Translations under genes and position numbers: made by a program
The notes under the pieces: model-generated
Told to the model about the DNA's origin: nothing
What the model saw: only the letters and a program-made list of their open reading frames with translations
Databases searched by the model: none
Part shown: positions 26,395 to 39,631 of the stretch, one piece after another
Layout of the letters: every line of letters begins with the position of its first letter
Position numbering within the stretch: the first letter of the stretch is position 1
Assembly (NCBI RefSeq): GCF_006345805.1
Contig: NC_043003.1
Coordinates: 310,001-374,000, forward strand
Reading direction: 5' to 3'
DNA from: Octopus sinensis
Lineage: Eukaryota
Length of the DNA stretch: 64,000 bases

Positions 26395-26567
26395 ACGTTG
26401 CTTAACGCACATTCTGTGTCACACTGAATCTCCCCGAGAACTACGCGAAGGGCACGCGTGTCTGTGGAGGGCTCAGCCATTTTCACGTTAATTTCACGGG
26501 CACGCTGTTCCGTCGATCGGATCAGCTGGAACTCTCGTCGTCGTAACCGACGGAGGGCCAGTTAGTT
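26395..26567 (+). mobile_element. SINE family C 3' fragment
   Basis: Matches 48580-48731. Confidence 0.6.
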
Positions 26568-26756
26568 ATGCGTCAGACTCTACATTATCCTCTGTGTATT
26601 ACTGTCTTCAAGACTTTTTTTAATGATTTTAAGAAGTACTATGTATATTGTTGAAACACTGCCATCTGTGGAGGTCTGTTGATGACGTCACTCATAGAAT
26701 CAGATGGCTGGTGTTATATACATGTCTGTTTGTATAAAACGGTGAAGAATTATGAC

Positions 26757-26990
26757 TATTTCATCCTTGCTCCGATATGTAGCACGTGGTAAATTAGGGA
26801 ATTTGATGTTGCTCTCATCTGCATTTCCTGCTGCGAGGTAGGTTCATCCGGAACTCTTGACAGGTGGCGATCTAATTTTGCAATGAAGACACCTACATCC
26901 ACCCCATGTAGGTCTCTCAGGCTTGTTTGGAGGATATTGAAGAACTGTGGTTCCTTGAAATTCAAGCTGTTGTAATAACCAAACCACTAA
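26757..26990 (-). mobile_element. CR1-like LINE extreme C-terminus
   Basis: NFKEPQFFNILQTSLRDLHGVDVGVFIAKLDRHLSRVPDEP resembles the (P)LFNxLP..LD..L end of CR1/L2-type ORF2. Confidence 0.55.
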
Positions 26991-27365
26991 ACTGGAAGCA
27001 GACTGGACGACGATAATTTACGCGGATCTTTACATTCAACAGTTGCGATCGTAAATCTAAATGTACACCCAAGGTATACAATATATCTCCCCCCCACTAC
27101 CTTTTACGCCTTCTTTTCTGTCTCTGTTCCTCTTCCTTACATTATATCTATTCTCCTTCTTCTTCCTGACTGCTGTTATTATTCTTCCTTCTCGTTTCCT
27201 CCAACTGTTTAAATCTCTGGCATTACTGTCAGCCGATTTTGCCAGCTTTCTCTTGACGAGGGTAGCCGAACGTATTGTAATATCTCCTCGTGACCGTTTA
27301 CTTGTAGCATACCGAAGACGTTTTGTATATTCCGTATGCATATCGTGAATATTACGACTATTACG

Positions 27366-27399
27366 TAACTCCGGATTTCCTGAAACAGCTGCCGAGTTA
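27366..27399 (+). ncRNA. Internally deleted hammerhead remnant
   Basis: Stem I TAACTC/GAGTTA encloses GAAAC-AGCT-GC-C; core and stem II largely missing. Confidence 0.3.
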
Positions 27400-27834
27400 A
27401 TAAATTATGCAATCTCTTCGTAGTTTTCTGTATTTTTTATGTTCTATATATACATATATGTTCTATGTGAGTGCGTGTGTGTGTGTATGTATGTGTGTGT
27501 GTATGTATGTGTGTGTGTGTGCATCTTTACGCATGTGTTTATCTTTCTGAATCTATGTAAATTTGGCTATGTATATGTGTGTGTGTGTGTGTGTGAGTAC
27601 CCTTGTTCAAACATCACGCGATGGTCGTAAATGAGCATCACCGTCATACAACAAAGGCTGCTCGTTTCCAGTGTTCTGTAAAAAAGGTATCTGGCCAATG
27701 AGAAACATCACCTTAATTAGAAGGAAACAGGTGAAGGTTGACGACAGGTTGACGACAGAAAATCTGCTCTAACGAAATTCTGTCGGACTCATATCGATAG
27801 CGAAAAGTGGACGTTAAGTGACAACATCGACAAC

Positions 27835-27885
<51 letters not shown>

Positions 27886-28520
27886 ACAGGGCAAATATGC
27901 AGTTGGCAATTAGAAATATGTTGTCCGCATTCACTTTTCCTGATTGGAGACAAAAAACAAAACAAAATAAGAAGCAAACAAAAACCGAAAAACAGTTAAA
28001 TAAAACCTGTCTTTTAACGAAGAGCAGTAAAAAAAGAAGTAATTCTGTACAGGTACGAGTTTCACCTGAGATGTCACCTCTGCATCCTGTCTGCGGTTAA
28101 CCCCCGCCATTTGAGGGGTAGGAGGGAGGAAGAGGAAGAGGAGACAAAAAGGAAGCAGACGACATGATCGAGTGTGTAGCGTTGCATTACATGGCGGCGT
28201 TTTATGCAACGGTAAGGTCCACTATTAAATATACTCATACATACACGTGTGTGTATGTGTGTGCTCATGCGTGTGTATGTGTGCGTATATATATATATAC
28301 GCACACATATACACATAGACAATAAATACATATGTACATATACATACGCAATATATACATACATATACATTTACATACATGCATACATGTATATAATACA
28401 TACCTACCTACCTACATACATATAATTACATATATATACATACATATATACACATATATATATACATGTATACATATATATATATATATATATACATATA
28501 TATACATATACATATATATA

Positions 28521-29083
28521 TAGTTATCGCCATACTAATATGGCATTCTTAAAAATAAGAATAAAGCTGTCGCTGATTAGCTAGCTTGAGGCGATGGCTT
28601 CATGGTGCTAATCAGCGACAGCTTTATTCTTATTTTTAAGATGCCATATTAGTATGGCGGATAACTATTAATTTCCAGAAACGCTGTCGTAATCTCTTTT
28701 AAAGAGGACTTAGTAATTTTAATATTTCTATTATTGAAAACAAGTGGATGTGGCACCGTACATAGGTAAAATCTTCGAACAGAGACGGTCAGTAGCGTCA
28801 CCTGCAGGTCTGATACGCGCATTGAGAAGGGGCAACAACCCTGAAACATGTCTGTAGCTGTCGGACTAGCAGGTTGAAGCGGCTGACCTCCCCGTTCGAA
28901 GGTTTAATAACGGACGCACGTTTGTGTGTCATGTAGCTAGATTGAGGCGATGGCTTCATGGAGCTAATCAGTGACAGCTTTATTCTTATTTTTAAGAATG
29001 CCATATTAGTATGGCGATAACTATTAATTTCCAGAAACGCTGTCGTAATCTCTTTTAAAGAGACTTAGTAATTTTAATATTTC
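28521..29083. repeat. (TA)n-flanked module: inverted 5' arm plus 356-bp-period direct repeat
   Basis: 28521-28581 is the reverse complement of 28607-28667; 28578-28728 repeats at 28934-29083. Confidence 0.9.
28818..28856 (+). ncRNA. Degenerate type I hammerhead
   Basis: CGCA-TTGAGA-AGGG gcaacaa CCCT-GAAAC-AT-GT-C-TGTA; palindromic ACATGT, GUC site, damaged core. Confidence 0.45.
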
Positions 29084-29381
29084 CATATATATATACATAT
29101 ACATATACATATAAACATATACATATACATATATATACACATATACATATATACATATACATATATAGATATATACATGTATAGATATATAGATATATAT
29201 ATGTATAGATATATATATACACATGCATATACATACACATATACATATACATATATATATATACGTATATATATATATACATATAATATGATAAATAAAA
29301 TATATGCATACATACATACATATATGTACGTACCTACATCTACATGTATATATACATGCATATATAAATATATATACGTGA

Positions 29382-29580
29382 GTACAGGACATCACAAATA
29401 GACGTAGAACTGAACGAGAAACGAAAACGTAAAAACAAACATGGAAACGGACCTTTTTTAACAACGAAAAGTACAAGACAAACTACACAAGGAAAATTCC
29501 CCTTCATCAGCTGTCCCTAGTTCGACTCCATGCGTGTTTCGAAGGTGAGGACAGAACACGACTCGTCGAACTAGCCCTTC
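29382..29580 (-). mobile_element. pLTR-like module with degenerate hammerhead and GTACAGGA terminus
   Basis: Minus strand CTAGTTC-GACGA..C-GAAAC..GTC-GAACTAG, then CTGATGAAGGGG, a T-rich tail and (TA)n. Confidence 0.4.
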
Positions 29581-30012
29581 CTGCGAAAGAATTAAATAAA
29601 ATTCCTTTGCAGAGGGGTAAAAACAAGGAAAGAAAAAAATGTGACAAAAACAGGACGTAAAAACAATACAAATAAAAAACAAATACAAAATAAAAATACA
29701 AATACAAAAAAATACAGTACAAGAAGGAATAAAAACAGGACAGAGAAACAAACAATGAGGGCCTTTAAGCCTAGACGAGGAAAAATTCACGAGCGCAGGA
29801 AAAAACATGTTCACTTGTAGGAGGCTGCGAGAGAGACGAGGAGGAGTGAGAGAGAGGGAGAGAGAGATAGAGAGGAAAGGAAACCAGAGAGGGTGAAAAA
29901 TTAGAAGGAGAGAAACAGAAGAGAGGAAGACAGACAGGAAGGAAGGGAAGGTCAAGCAAAGGGTTACAGAGTTTCGCGTCATAATTATATATAAAAAACT
30001 TACTGGGAGAAC

Positions 30013-30052
<40 letters not shown>

Positions 30053-30162
30053 GTGTACACATATATATATACATATATACATATAAATATACATATATAT
30101 ATACATATACATATGTATATACATATATATACATATATATATATAACATATATATAATACAC

Positions 30163-30205
<43 letters not shown>

Positions 30206-30232
30206 ATATATAGATATATACATATACATATA

Positions 30233-30460
30233 TATTTCTTTACTACCCACAAGGGGCTAAACACAGAGGGGACAAACAAGGACAGACAAACGGATTAAGT
30301 CGATTACATCGACCCCAGTGTGTAACTGGTACTTAAAATTTATCGACCCCGAAAGGATGAAAGGCAAAGTCGACCTTGGCGGAATTTGAACTCAGAACGC
30401 AGCAGCGGACGAAATACCGCAAAGCATTTCGCCCAGCATGCTAACATTCTGCTATCTCAC
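30233..30460 (-). mobile_element. tRNA-derived SINE (family B)
   Basis: Reverse complement of the 52040-52270 family. Confidence 0.8.
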
Positions 30461-30602
30461 CGATATATACATATACATATATTTATACACATATATATAC
30501 ATATATACATATATATATACATATATACATATATACATATATATACATATATACGTATATATATATACATATATATATACATATGTACATATATACATAT
30601 AT

Positions 30603-30649
<47 letters not shown>

Positions 30650-30671
30650 TATACATAGATACATACATATA

Positions 30672-31425
30672 AGTTAAGTTAATATTTTGGCTCGAAAAGC
30701 AAAAAGCAAGGCCATGTAGGGGGACATGGAGTTATGTACAGGGTGGTGTTCATGCAAAGAGTTCAGGCCATTTCTGGTCAAGGGAGACTTTTAGCCGAGC
30801 GGTCGTCGGCATCTTCACTATCTCGTCCGGTAGCTTATTCCACGGATCCGCAACCCGGACGGAGAAAGCCCCTCTCCTTCGATTGAGATGAAATCGTCGC
30901 AGATTGAGCTTTTCGGAGTGACCCCGCAGCCGACGCTCTGGAGCAGGAGTGAAGAACAGCTCTTTCGAGAGGTTACACTTTCCGCTTATGATGTTGTGAG
31001 CAAGAATGAGATCACCACGGCGTCGTCGTTTTTCTAGAGAATAAAGGTCGAGCGTCTTCAGCCTTTCTTCATAAGACACATTTTTGAGACCAAGAACCAT
31101 GCGGGTAGCCAGCTTCTGGACTCTTTCGAGATGATGTATGTCTTTGAGGAGATAAGGAGAAGAGGCTTGAATCTCGTACTCCAATATGGGTCTCACCAGC
31201 GTGACATAGAGCGGTAGGAATATGGCTGCTGTGAGCATTCCGAATGATTGTCGAATTAGAAACAGAACTCCGCGTGCTTTGTTGGCAGCATGGACGCACT
31301 GGGCCGAAGGCGAAAAGGAAAAATCGACCAAGATACCCAGGTCCTTTACCTGGTCGGTCCTCTCCAGCAGCAGACGACCCGGCTCGAAATCAAGTTGAGT
31401 TGCAGGAGGAGAGCCAACAGGCAGA
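30672..31425 (-). mobile_element. CR1-clade LINE 3' fragment
   Basis: [55 protein letters not shown]; 3' UTR ends in a (TTAAC)n-like tail. Confidence 0.9.
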
Positions 31426-31569
31426 TGACAGCATATACATATATATACATATACATATATACATATATATATGTATATATATCATATATATATGTATATG
31501 TATATACATATATATATGTATATATATGTATACATATATTTATACACACATATATATATATATATACAC

Positions 31570-31659
<90 letters not shown>

Positions 31660-31880
31660 TATACATATATGTATATATACACACACACATATATATATAT
31701 AATATATATATATATACTATATATAATATACATATATATATATACACATATATATACATATATATATATACATATATATATCATATATATATATATGCAT
31801 ATATATATATACATATATATATATACATATATATATATACATACATATATATGCATATAGATATCTACTATATAGGTTAT
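31425..31880. repeat. Complex (TA)n/(TACA)n microsatellite
   Basis: Seen directly. Confidence 0.97.
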
Positions 31881-33050
31881 ATATATGTGTGTGTATGTAA
31901 AGACTACAGCGCCGCCATACTGAAGCCTATTTCCTCATTACAAATGTCATCGCCTTCGTCGTCGTCGTCGTCGTCATCATGATCATCATCATCATCATCA
32001 TTACTGCTAGCTTCTACAGCATCATATCTCTGACCTGATGCTTTCCAGCAAACGTCATCTCAAAATCTCCAGATATCAAAGAAGTAAATGAAAACAGGAA
32101 CACCTGCAGTTTCCTGTAAATCACTCATAAAAAAAGGGGGTCATAATTCGACCCCCACCTCTTACTTCTTACTACATCAACTTTCTATTAAATTAATTTA
32201 ATTTAGATTTACCTAGTCGAACTCTCACCATTATTATTGTGGGTTCCGGTCTGCATCGAACAGGGATTAGCTTTCGGCGATCAGATTTCGTGATTTGATT
32301 TCGATTCCAGATCGAACCGAATTCAAAACGATATCCACGCATCACGTGAATTATGAATGAATGTTGCAAAAGCCTCTTTCCTGTCTCTAATTTATTTCTG
32401 ACTTTCAAAGTAGGTAATAAATTATTATAATTTCTATTCCAGCAGAGAGTGGGTGTGGTAAAAAAAAAAAAAAAAACACCAGAGAGTCGTATTGAATAAC
32501 TTTTAGCATTTCGTTTCGTCTTTTTAATCTAAGGTCAATATTAGTTTTCACTCTTCTGGAGTATAAGCAAGTTATGGTGGCGTTGATTCAGTTAAATCTC
32601 TTCTTTCCTTCTCAAGAAATTTGTGACGTTAGACCAATGAAATAAATTATTTTTATTACCGCCTCAAAGGCGGTGGATGGCAGAAGCAGTTGAGTATCTA
32701 ACGAATTGCTTATGCGCTATCTAGTTAAGTGTTTTCTTTTTTGCTTTTTTTTTGTTTTTATTTCGCTAGTTCTTTGTAAAACTGTTCACTCCCTCAGATA
32801 CTACCACACACACACACATTGGTCATTTTTGCACTCTCTTGTCTTCAAAAACCACTTTTTCTATCACTCTCCACTTCCGGTCACTTTAGCCATATAGCCA
32901 CATGGTCACACACACACACACACACACACCACACACACACACACCCACACCTACACATACATATATATATATATATATGTATGTACACATATATGTATAT
33001 ATATGTATGTACATATACATGAATGTATGTATGTATATATATATATATAT

Positions 33051-33098
<48 letters not shown>

Positions 33099-33285
33099 GT
33101 ATGTACAAATACATATATATGTATGTATGTGTGTATATATATATACGCATGTATTCGATAATGATTAAACAAAGGACAAACTTGCCAGTTGTATGGATAA
33201 AGTGAAAAGCTGAATGATAATCTAGTCAAACATGCACTGCAAGGGACGAAGTAGAGCTTGGTGACCAAACAAATATAGCAGCGGT

Positions 33286-33329
<44 letters not shown>

Positions 33330-33493
33330 CAACAACAACAACATACAATAGTAGCAATGCAGATGGATTGTTCGTTAATCTAAACGGCAAAGATTAAATT
33401 GGTGTGGAATGGCATCGCAAAACAGAAACGCAGACATAGTCTTACATACACAGTCATCCTACGAATGAATGAAATAAGGCAACAGTGTTTGTG

Positions 33494-33547
<54 letters not shown>

Positions 33548-34190
33548 GTGTGTGTGTGTGTGGTGTGTGTGTGTGTGTGTGCGTGTGTGTGCGTGTGTGT
33601 GTAAGGAAGTGTTCTCGGAATATACGAATCCCTGTCTCCTTTGAAATGATTTTAAGAAGAGGAGAGAGACAAGAGTCAAAATAAGAATTAAAACCTGTCT
33701 GAGAACCGAGATAAGATATGAAAGAACAGCTTACGTCAGAAAGAAGCTTTTTTAGAATTCCATTCTGTTATTTTAGGTTTACAGTAGATTAACGAACCTC
33801 TTGTAAAGTTTCCACAACTCTTCCTATGTTTATTGTACAAACTGGCTTTGAAAATTCATATTCTGCAGTCAAGATATTTGGGTCAAATTTTTTGTTCAGC
33901 TGTTTTTTATTATTATTATTTTCCCGTTTATATCTTATTGTTTTCACACCTCGAAGCAACGAAGAATTTAGTTTCTCCATTATGTCAGCCTAGCCTAATC
34001 GCACACAAACAGAACACAACCAGAAATCACATGTATTCTAATAGTAAGGAAAATAATGACAGCCGTGGAATACAGATAAACTTATTTACATTATTTACAT
34101 TAATTACATTATTTACATTATTTACATTTGATGGATATTTGTCCTCATCTTGTTTGTTGTTAACCACTATGCCATATGCCCACGGGTATA

Positions 34191-34242
34191 TGGCCTAGTG
34201 GTTAAGAGCGCCTGCTACTAACCCCAATATTCCAGGCAGTGA

Positions 34243-34246
<4 letters not shown>
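34191..34246 (+). mobile_element. tRNA-like SINE head (A box present, B box deleted)
   Basis: TGGCCTAGTGGTTAAGAGCGC.. followed directly by (AAT)n. Confidence 0.55.
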
Positions 34247-34313
<67 letters not shown>

Positions 34314-34340
34314 TAATAATAATAATAATAATAATAATAC

Positions 34341-34457
34341 GCAGAACACTTTCAATACAGTAACCATCAGAGCATCACAACATATCACAGCACATACCCA
34401 AGGCACACAGAGCTGCGCTCAGTAGTGAAGTGAAAGCACGCTATAAAAATAAAACTA

Positions 34458-34460
<3 letters not shown>
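34341..34460 (+). mobile_element. R4/Dong-like LINE extreme 3' end in (AAT)n
   Basis: Encodes ..RRTLSIQ-stop, then a 3' UTR shared with 50199-50322, 51319-51392 and 51446-51519. Confidence 0.65.
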
Positions 34461-34527
<67 letters not shown>

Positions 34528-34530
<3 letters not shown>

Positions 34531-35063
34531 GTAACGATTCTGTGGGACTTTTCAGTACATACAGACCGAACCATCAAAGCCAATAAACCGGATATCGTTG
34601 TGAAAGACCAAAACAATAAAGTTTGCTTATTGATCGACATGAGCATCCCCTGTGATCATAATATCTCGGCGAAAGAGTTTGACAAGCTCAGAAAATATAA
34701 AGACCTGCTCATTGAAATTGAGAAAATGTGGCATCTCAAGGCGGTTACAATACCAGTGATCGTAGGATCACTAGGAATGATCAAGAAGGGAACCGAAAAT
34801 TATATGAGAATGATCCCTGGCTTACCATCCCTGCAAGAAGTGCAAAAGATTGTCTTAACTGGTACATCACACGTATTGAGAAGAGCATTGTCGATGTGAG
34901 AACTATTACTACCCATGTATTTTAATTTAACTTAAAAAAAAATGAACGAACTAGTGAGTTTAGTTTAATGGCCTACCAATGTATACTATGAGTTTCTTTG
35001 CCCTAGGAGTCGGGAAGACACTCGGCAAGAAATGGAAGCAAATTTGAAAGAAGAAAAAAAAAG
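34528..35063 (+). mobile_element. R4/Dong-like non-LTR retrotransposon 3' fragment (RLE domain)
   Basis: ILWDFSVHTDRTIKANKPDIVVKD..LIDMSIP..KLRKYKDL (PD..D..K RLE) ending LRRALSM-stop; flanked by (AAT)n. Confidence 0.85.
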
Positions 35064-35142
<79 letters not shown>

Positions 35143-35213
35143 CAACAACAATAACAACAACAACATCGAAAAATACCTTAGGAATGAGAACCCAGGTTCG
35201 AAATTTCCCCAAG

Positions 35214-35257
35214 ACACTTGATGAAGGCTGGAGGTTATATCAGCCGAAACATTGTGT
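35214..35257 (+). ncRNA. Minimal type I hammerhead ribozyme fold (two point changes)
   Basis: ACAC-TTGATGA-A-GGCTG gaggttatat CAGCC-GAAAC-AT-T-GTGT; stems I and II perfect; C3 to T and G16.2 to A. Confidence 0.7.
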
Positions 35258-36352
35258 TAACAGCAAACAAGATGAGGACAAATATCCATCAAATGTAAAT
35301 AATGTAAATAATGTACATAATTCCTCATCTCTTAAATATAGAACTGTAGATAAACTTATGGCTTCGATTCTCGTGTCGCCACTAAATCATATTAAGTTGT
35401 TCTCTGCATCTTAATAATTTGCGATCGAGTGATAAATAAGATTGAATTTCAATACTACATTACAAGTACATTAATGGCACATTACTAGTAGTTTAAAATG
35501 AGTTATTTCACATTCATGCACAACCTGAAACACTAAATTCTTGACTTTTTCTAATCAACAGCGTTTGTGAACGAATTATAAGCATTGTTTATTTGAGAAA
35601 AAGATTGAAATAGAGACACTGGATTATACATCGGGCTGCCAGCAGCTAAAAGCATATTGTCTACGTTTAACTGGTTGGTTCTCCTTGTAGAAAATATTTC
35701 ATAATATATTCGTGATGTGACAGTGATATGAATGTGAATCTAATAGACATCGTAGCATTTTGTCTTTTCAGATTGCGTAGCACCCCGGTGCAACACTATT
35801 TATAAAATGTCTGTTATTGCATAAGCGGCAAACACCTTTCTACTACATCGAGACGGTGCTTCAAGTTGACTTTGGAATATTGTCAGCCTGTTTTTGTTCT
35901 AGCCTCGTTTTCTTGTTACCGGTGAAGATAATGCTAAGATGCCGTTCATATCAGAGACAAACAGTTTTACGGAATCTTGGAATTAGATAAATATATTTTT
36001 TTCTATTCTAGGTACAAGGCCCGAAATTTTTTGGGAGGCGTGGCCAGTCGATTAAGTCGACCCCAATACGCAACTGGTACTAAATTTATCGACTCCGTAA
36101 GGATGAAAGGGAAAGTCGACCTCGACGGAATTTGAACTCAGAACGTAAAGACAAACGAAATAATGAGTTAAAAATATTGAAGCTTCACAAATTCTAAACA
36201 GCGAAACGGTGTCCTGTAAAATGAATTTGGTTCTATTATTGGCTTCAAATTTTGGCACTGGGGTCGATGTAATGAGGAGGTGCGTGTGCCTTAGTGGTTA
36301 AGGTGTTGCACTCATGATCGTTATATCTTGGTTTCGATTCCTGGATCTGGAC

Positions 36353-36667
36353 TTAATTTATCGATCCCGAAATAATGAACGGCAAAGTTGATCTCGGCGG
36401 AATTTGAACTCAGAACGTAACGGCAGACGAAATACCTATTTCTTTACTACCCAAAAGGGGATAAACACTGAGAGGACAAACAAGGACAGACAAACGGATT
36501 AAGTCGATTACATCGACCCCAGTGCATAACTGGTACTTATTTAATCGACCCCGAAAGGACGAAAGGCAAAGTCGACCTCGGCGGAATTTGAACTCAGAAC
36601 GTAGCGGCTGACGAAATACCGCTAAGCATTTCGCTCGGTGTGCTAACCATTCTGCCAGCTCGCCGCC
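36353..36667 (-). mobile_element. SINE family B, one full copy plus a tandem partial copy
   Basis: Full copy 36437-36667 preceded by a partial copy; another partial copy at 36010-36155. Confidence 0.8.
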
Positions 36668-37596
36668 TCGTTTAATCCGTTGATATAATATATATGCGCA
36701 ATCAATAAGAAGCCTGCATTCCTTTAGTTATCGATTGCATATCAAGGCCTGTACACTAATCGAACAACCACTTTCACTTCACTTAACTTATGTCACTGAA
36801 CGGAGAATTATAAACACCTGTCCTAAACTATGGTGATTAATTTCCAAAAAATCCATTTCCTAAGATAATATCTTAACAACGGATTAAGTGTCGGAACAAT
36901 TCATAAAAGGAGATTATCGAAGTCTGCATATATTTATTACATATTGTGTCATGTTACAGCATGCAATAGATGTGCGCTTGTATATCGTCAAAGAATTAAA
37001 ATTGAGATTACATTCGAAATAGTTTACATGTCTTCGTTGATAGGCTGGACATTGGACCTTCAGAATATCACCTAATTCGCTTTTATTTTATTTTATTCGC
37101 TCTTATTATACTCTCAGTTTTTAAAGAACCCACATCCCAGATGCTATGTGTTATATAATCATCACAACAAACATGAACAATCAACGTCGCCCATTGTCTC
37201 CCTTGATAAAAGGACTTTCACTTTGTTTCCCGCCAAAACAATTAACTTGTACAACAACGGCAGTCGAATAAAGTATCTTGTATCGTTAACACGTTGTTTC
37301 AGTCTCTCTCATTTTCTTAATCTTTCATACTAAGTACTCACTACTTCCTTTAATACTCAATACATTATATATATATAACAACAACACTATGTTGTGTTTG
37401 TAAGTATTCGTACCATATCTTGATAGAGCGATGACTGTGGGTCTTAATGAGAATGTCTTCTGAGTACAAAGCTGTAAGTTCGGCAACACAACTACCCTCG
37501 TTTGTTACGGAGGTTTGGTTTAGAAAGAAAAACACCAAGATAAATGCTTCCGTAATAAATGAATCACCCTCACGAACTAAATGAGTTGAACAACTG

Positions 37597-37700
37597 CTAG
37601 ATCCATCGACACCGAATTCGCTGACTACAGCTGCGACCTTTCCACCGCCACATATTTTCTTGATCGTTTCTATCTTTTCCTGTAGAGATTATTCTTATCT
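37597..37700 (-). pseudogene. Possible pogo/Tigger (CENP-B-like HTH) transposase remnant
   Basis: Minus frame SLQEKIETIKKICGGGKVAAVVSEFGVDGSS resembles the psq/CENP-B HTH pattern; judged by eye only. Confidence 0.35.
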
Positions 37701-38547
37701 GTGTCGTTTGTTAGAGTCAGGTACCTTTGTACCTGCTAATTGTTCTCAGCTCGGCGAGTGCGGGTACATAAACCTGTACAAAAAATATGCACTCTTGCAA
37801 CGCGGCCATGTAAACACAAGCGATAGTCAGTGCATTCTGGGTAGTTGAACACAGTTTTTGCAGTCCAAGCAGGATTTTTGGTTAATCGCCAACCCACGTT
37901 ACAAAAGATCAATCCGTGATGAGCGTAACACGGTGCACAACTGAGCAAACCGTTTTATCCCAGATCAGCGATGAACGATCACATGTTGATTTCACGAGCA
38001 GGCTGTTACGTTGATCGAATCAACTGGAACCCTCGTCGTCGTAACCGACGGAGTGCCATTTTTGTGGTGGTTGTCCTACTTATACGCTTATATGCAAATA
38101 GACTACTACAAAGTAGGAAGAACAACAATTGGTTACGACACAAAGGGAGTATTACAGACATGGTTTCGGAATCACGTATTCTTAGACAAGAGCCGGCTGC
38201 GTGACGCTTTGTACATCTGTCTTTTAGAATAGTCGCCAATCTTGGTTCAAACCTTGGGTGCAAAAGTTGAAGAAAAAGTACCTCTATTATTCAAACAACC
38301 GATTTTGTGACACTCTGTATCGCGTGATTATGTCAGGAATGACGTTAAAGTTGTATCTGGAATACTCGGCCACTTACACAATAAACTCATTGAGCAAAAA
38401 GTTTTCTGTTGCTCAAGTAACATTGGGACACTCGTCGGCGAAACAAACAGAAGGTTCTTTCATTCTTCTGAGTCCAGAGAACGGAATGGAGTAAGAGGCT
38501 TGAAAAAGAAATACACACAATAGTAATAATGGTCGCTGCTGCTGCTG

Positions 38548-38594
<47 letters not shown>

Positions 38595-38697
38595 GAAAAC
38601 AATTAGATAAGATCCGTCTATAATATTTTTAGCTCCGTTAAACGCGATTAAGATCTCTCCATTAGGCTCCCGGTTTCTCGAACTTTCTAAGCGAGAC

Positions 38698-38766
38698 TGA
38701 CGTCATACACAACACGTGAATGTCGATTAATTCACAGCCATTGAAACTGGCCGCGGGTCACGTGAT
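38698..38766. promoter_or_regulatory. Candidate cis-regulatory cluster (CRE plus two E-boxes)
   Basis: TGACGTCA 38698-38705, CACGTG 38713-38718 and GGTCACGTGAT 38756-38766 in a CpG-retaining non-repetitive stretch. Confidence 0.45.
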
Positions 38767-39579
38767 CTCAAGAACGCGGCATGATAATTCGATTTTCACT
38801 TAATTTTTTCATTTTCGTTTCCTGCGTAAATGGCAATAAAAAAACGGTGGCAGTAGTAGTAGTAGTAGTAGTAGTAGTAGTTAGTAGTAGTAGTAGTAGT
38901 AGTAGTAGCAGCAGCAGCAGTCAGTAGTAGTAGTAGCCACAGCAGTAGTTGTAGAAGACAAGGAGGAGGAGGAAAAGGAGGAGGAGAGCAACAAAGCTGC
39001 TGCTGCTGTTGATGATAATGATGATGTGGACGACGAAGACGACAATTACGAAGAAGGTGATGATAATGATTATGATGATGACGACTAAGAAGAAGAAGAA
39101 GAAGAAAGAAGAAGAAGAAGAAGAAGAAGAAGAAGAAGAAGAAGAAGAAGAAGAAATGATGATAATGATGATAATGATGACAACGACGACGACCATGAAT
39201 GATGATGAAGAAGAAGTGACGAAGAAGAAAAAGAAGTGAAGTTGCAATGTGTGACTCCTCCTCCTCCTCCTCCTCCTCATCATCATCATTGTCGTCGTCG
39301 TCGTCGTCGTCATCATGTCAACCATTAACAATGCTGCTAATAAAGTTTTACTTTCTATGAAATTGTTGAACTTAAAAAGTGAGATTTTCGAAGAATTCCT
39401 GCAAAAACTAAACCATTTCAGAGATGCCGCAGAGCTAAGGAAGCAGAAATCTTTAAAACCATTTCTTTACTATCAGATATTTGCTTATAACTGTGTGCCT
39501 CTGTGTGTGTGGTGTGTGTGTGCGTGTGTAATTATACATGTACATAGATGTATATACGCACACACACACACACACGCAA

Positions 39580-39631
<52 letters not shown>

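Noticed and set aside
27253-27274. TTGACGAGGGTAGCCGAACGTA minimal hammerhead look-alike
   Set aside because: Two core defects and no stem I
39315-39500. Host coding exon (MSTINNAANK..)
   Set aside because: No recognisable domain or convincing splice sites; starts in one microsatellite and runs into another
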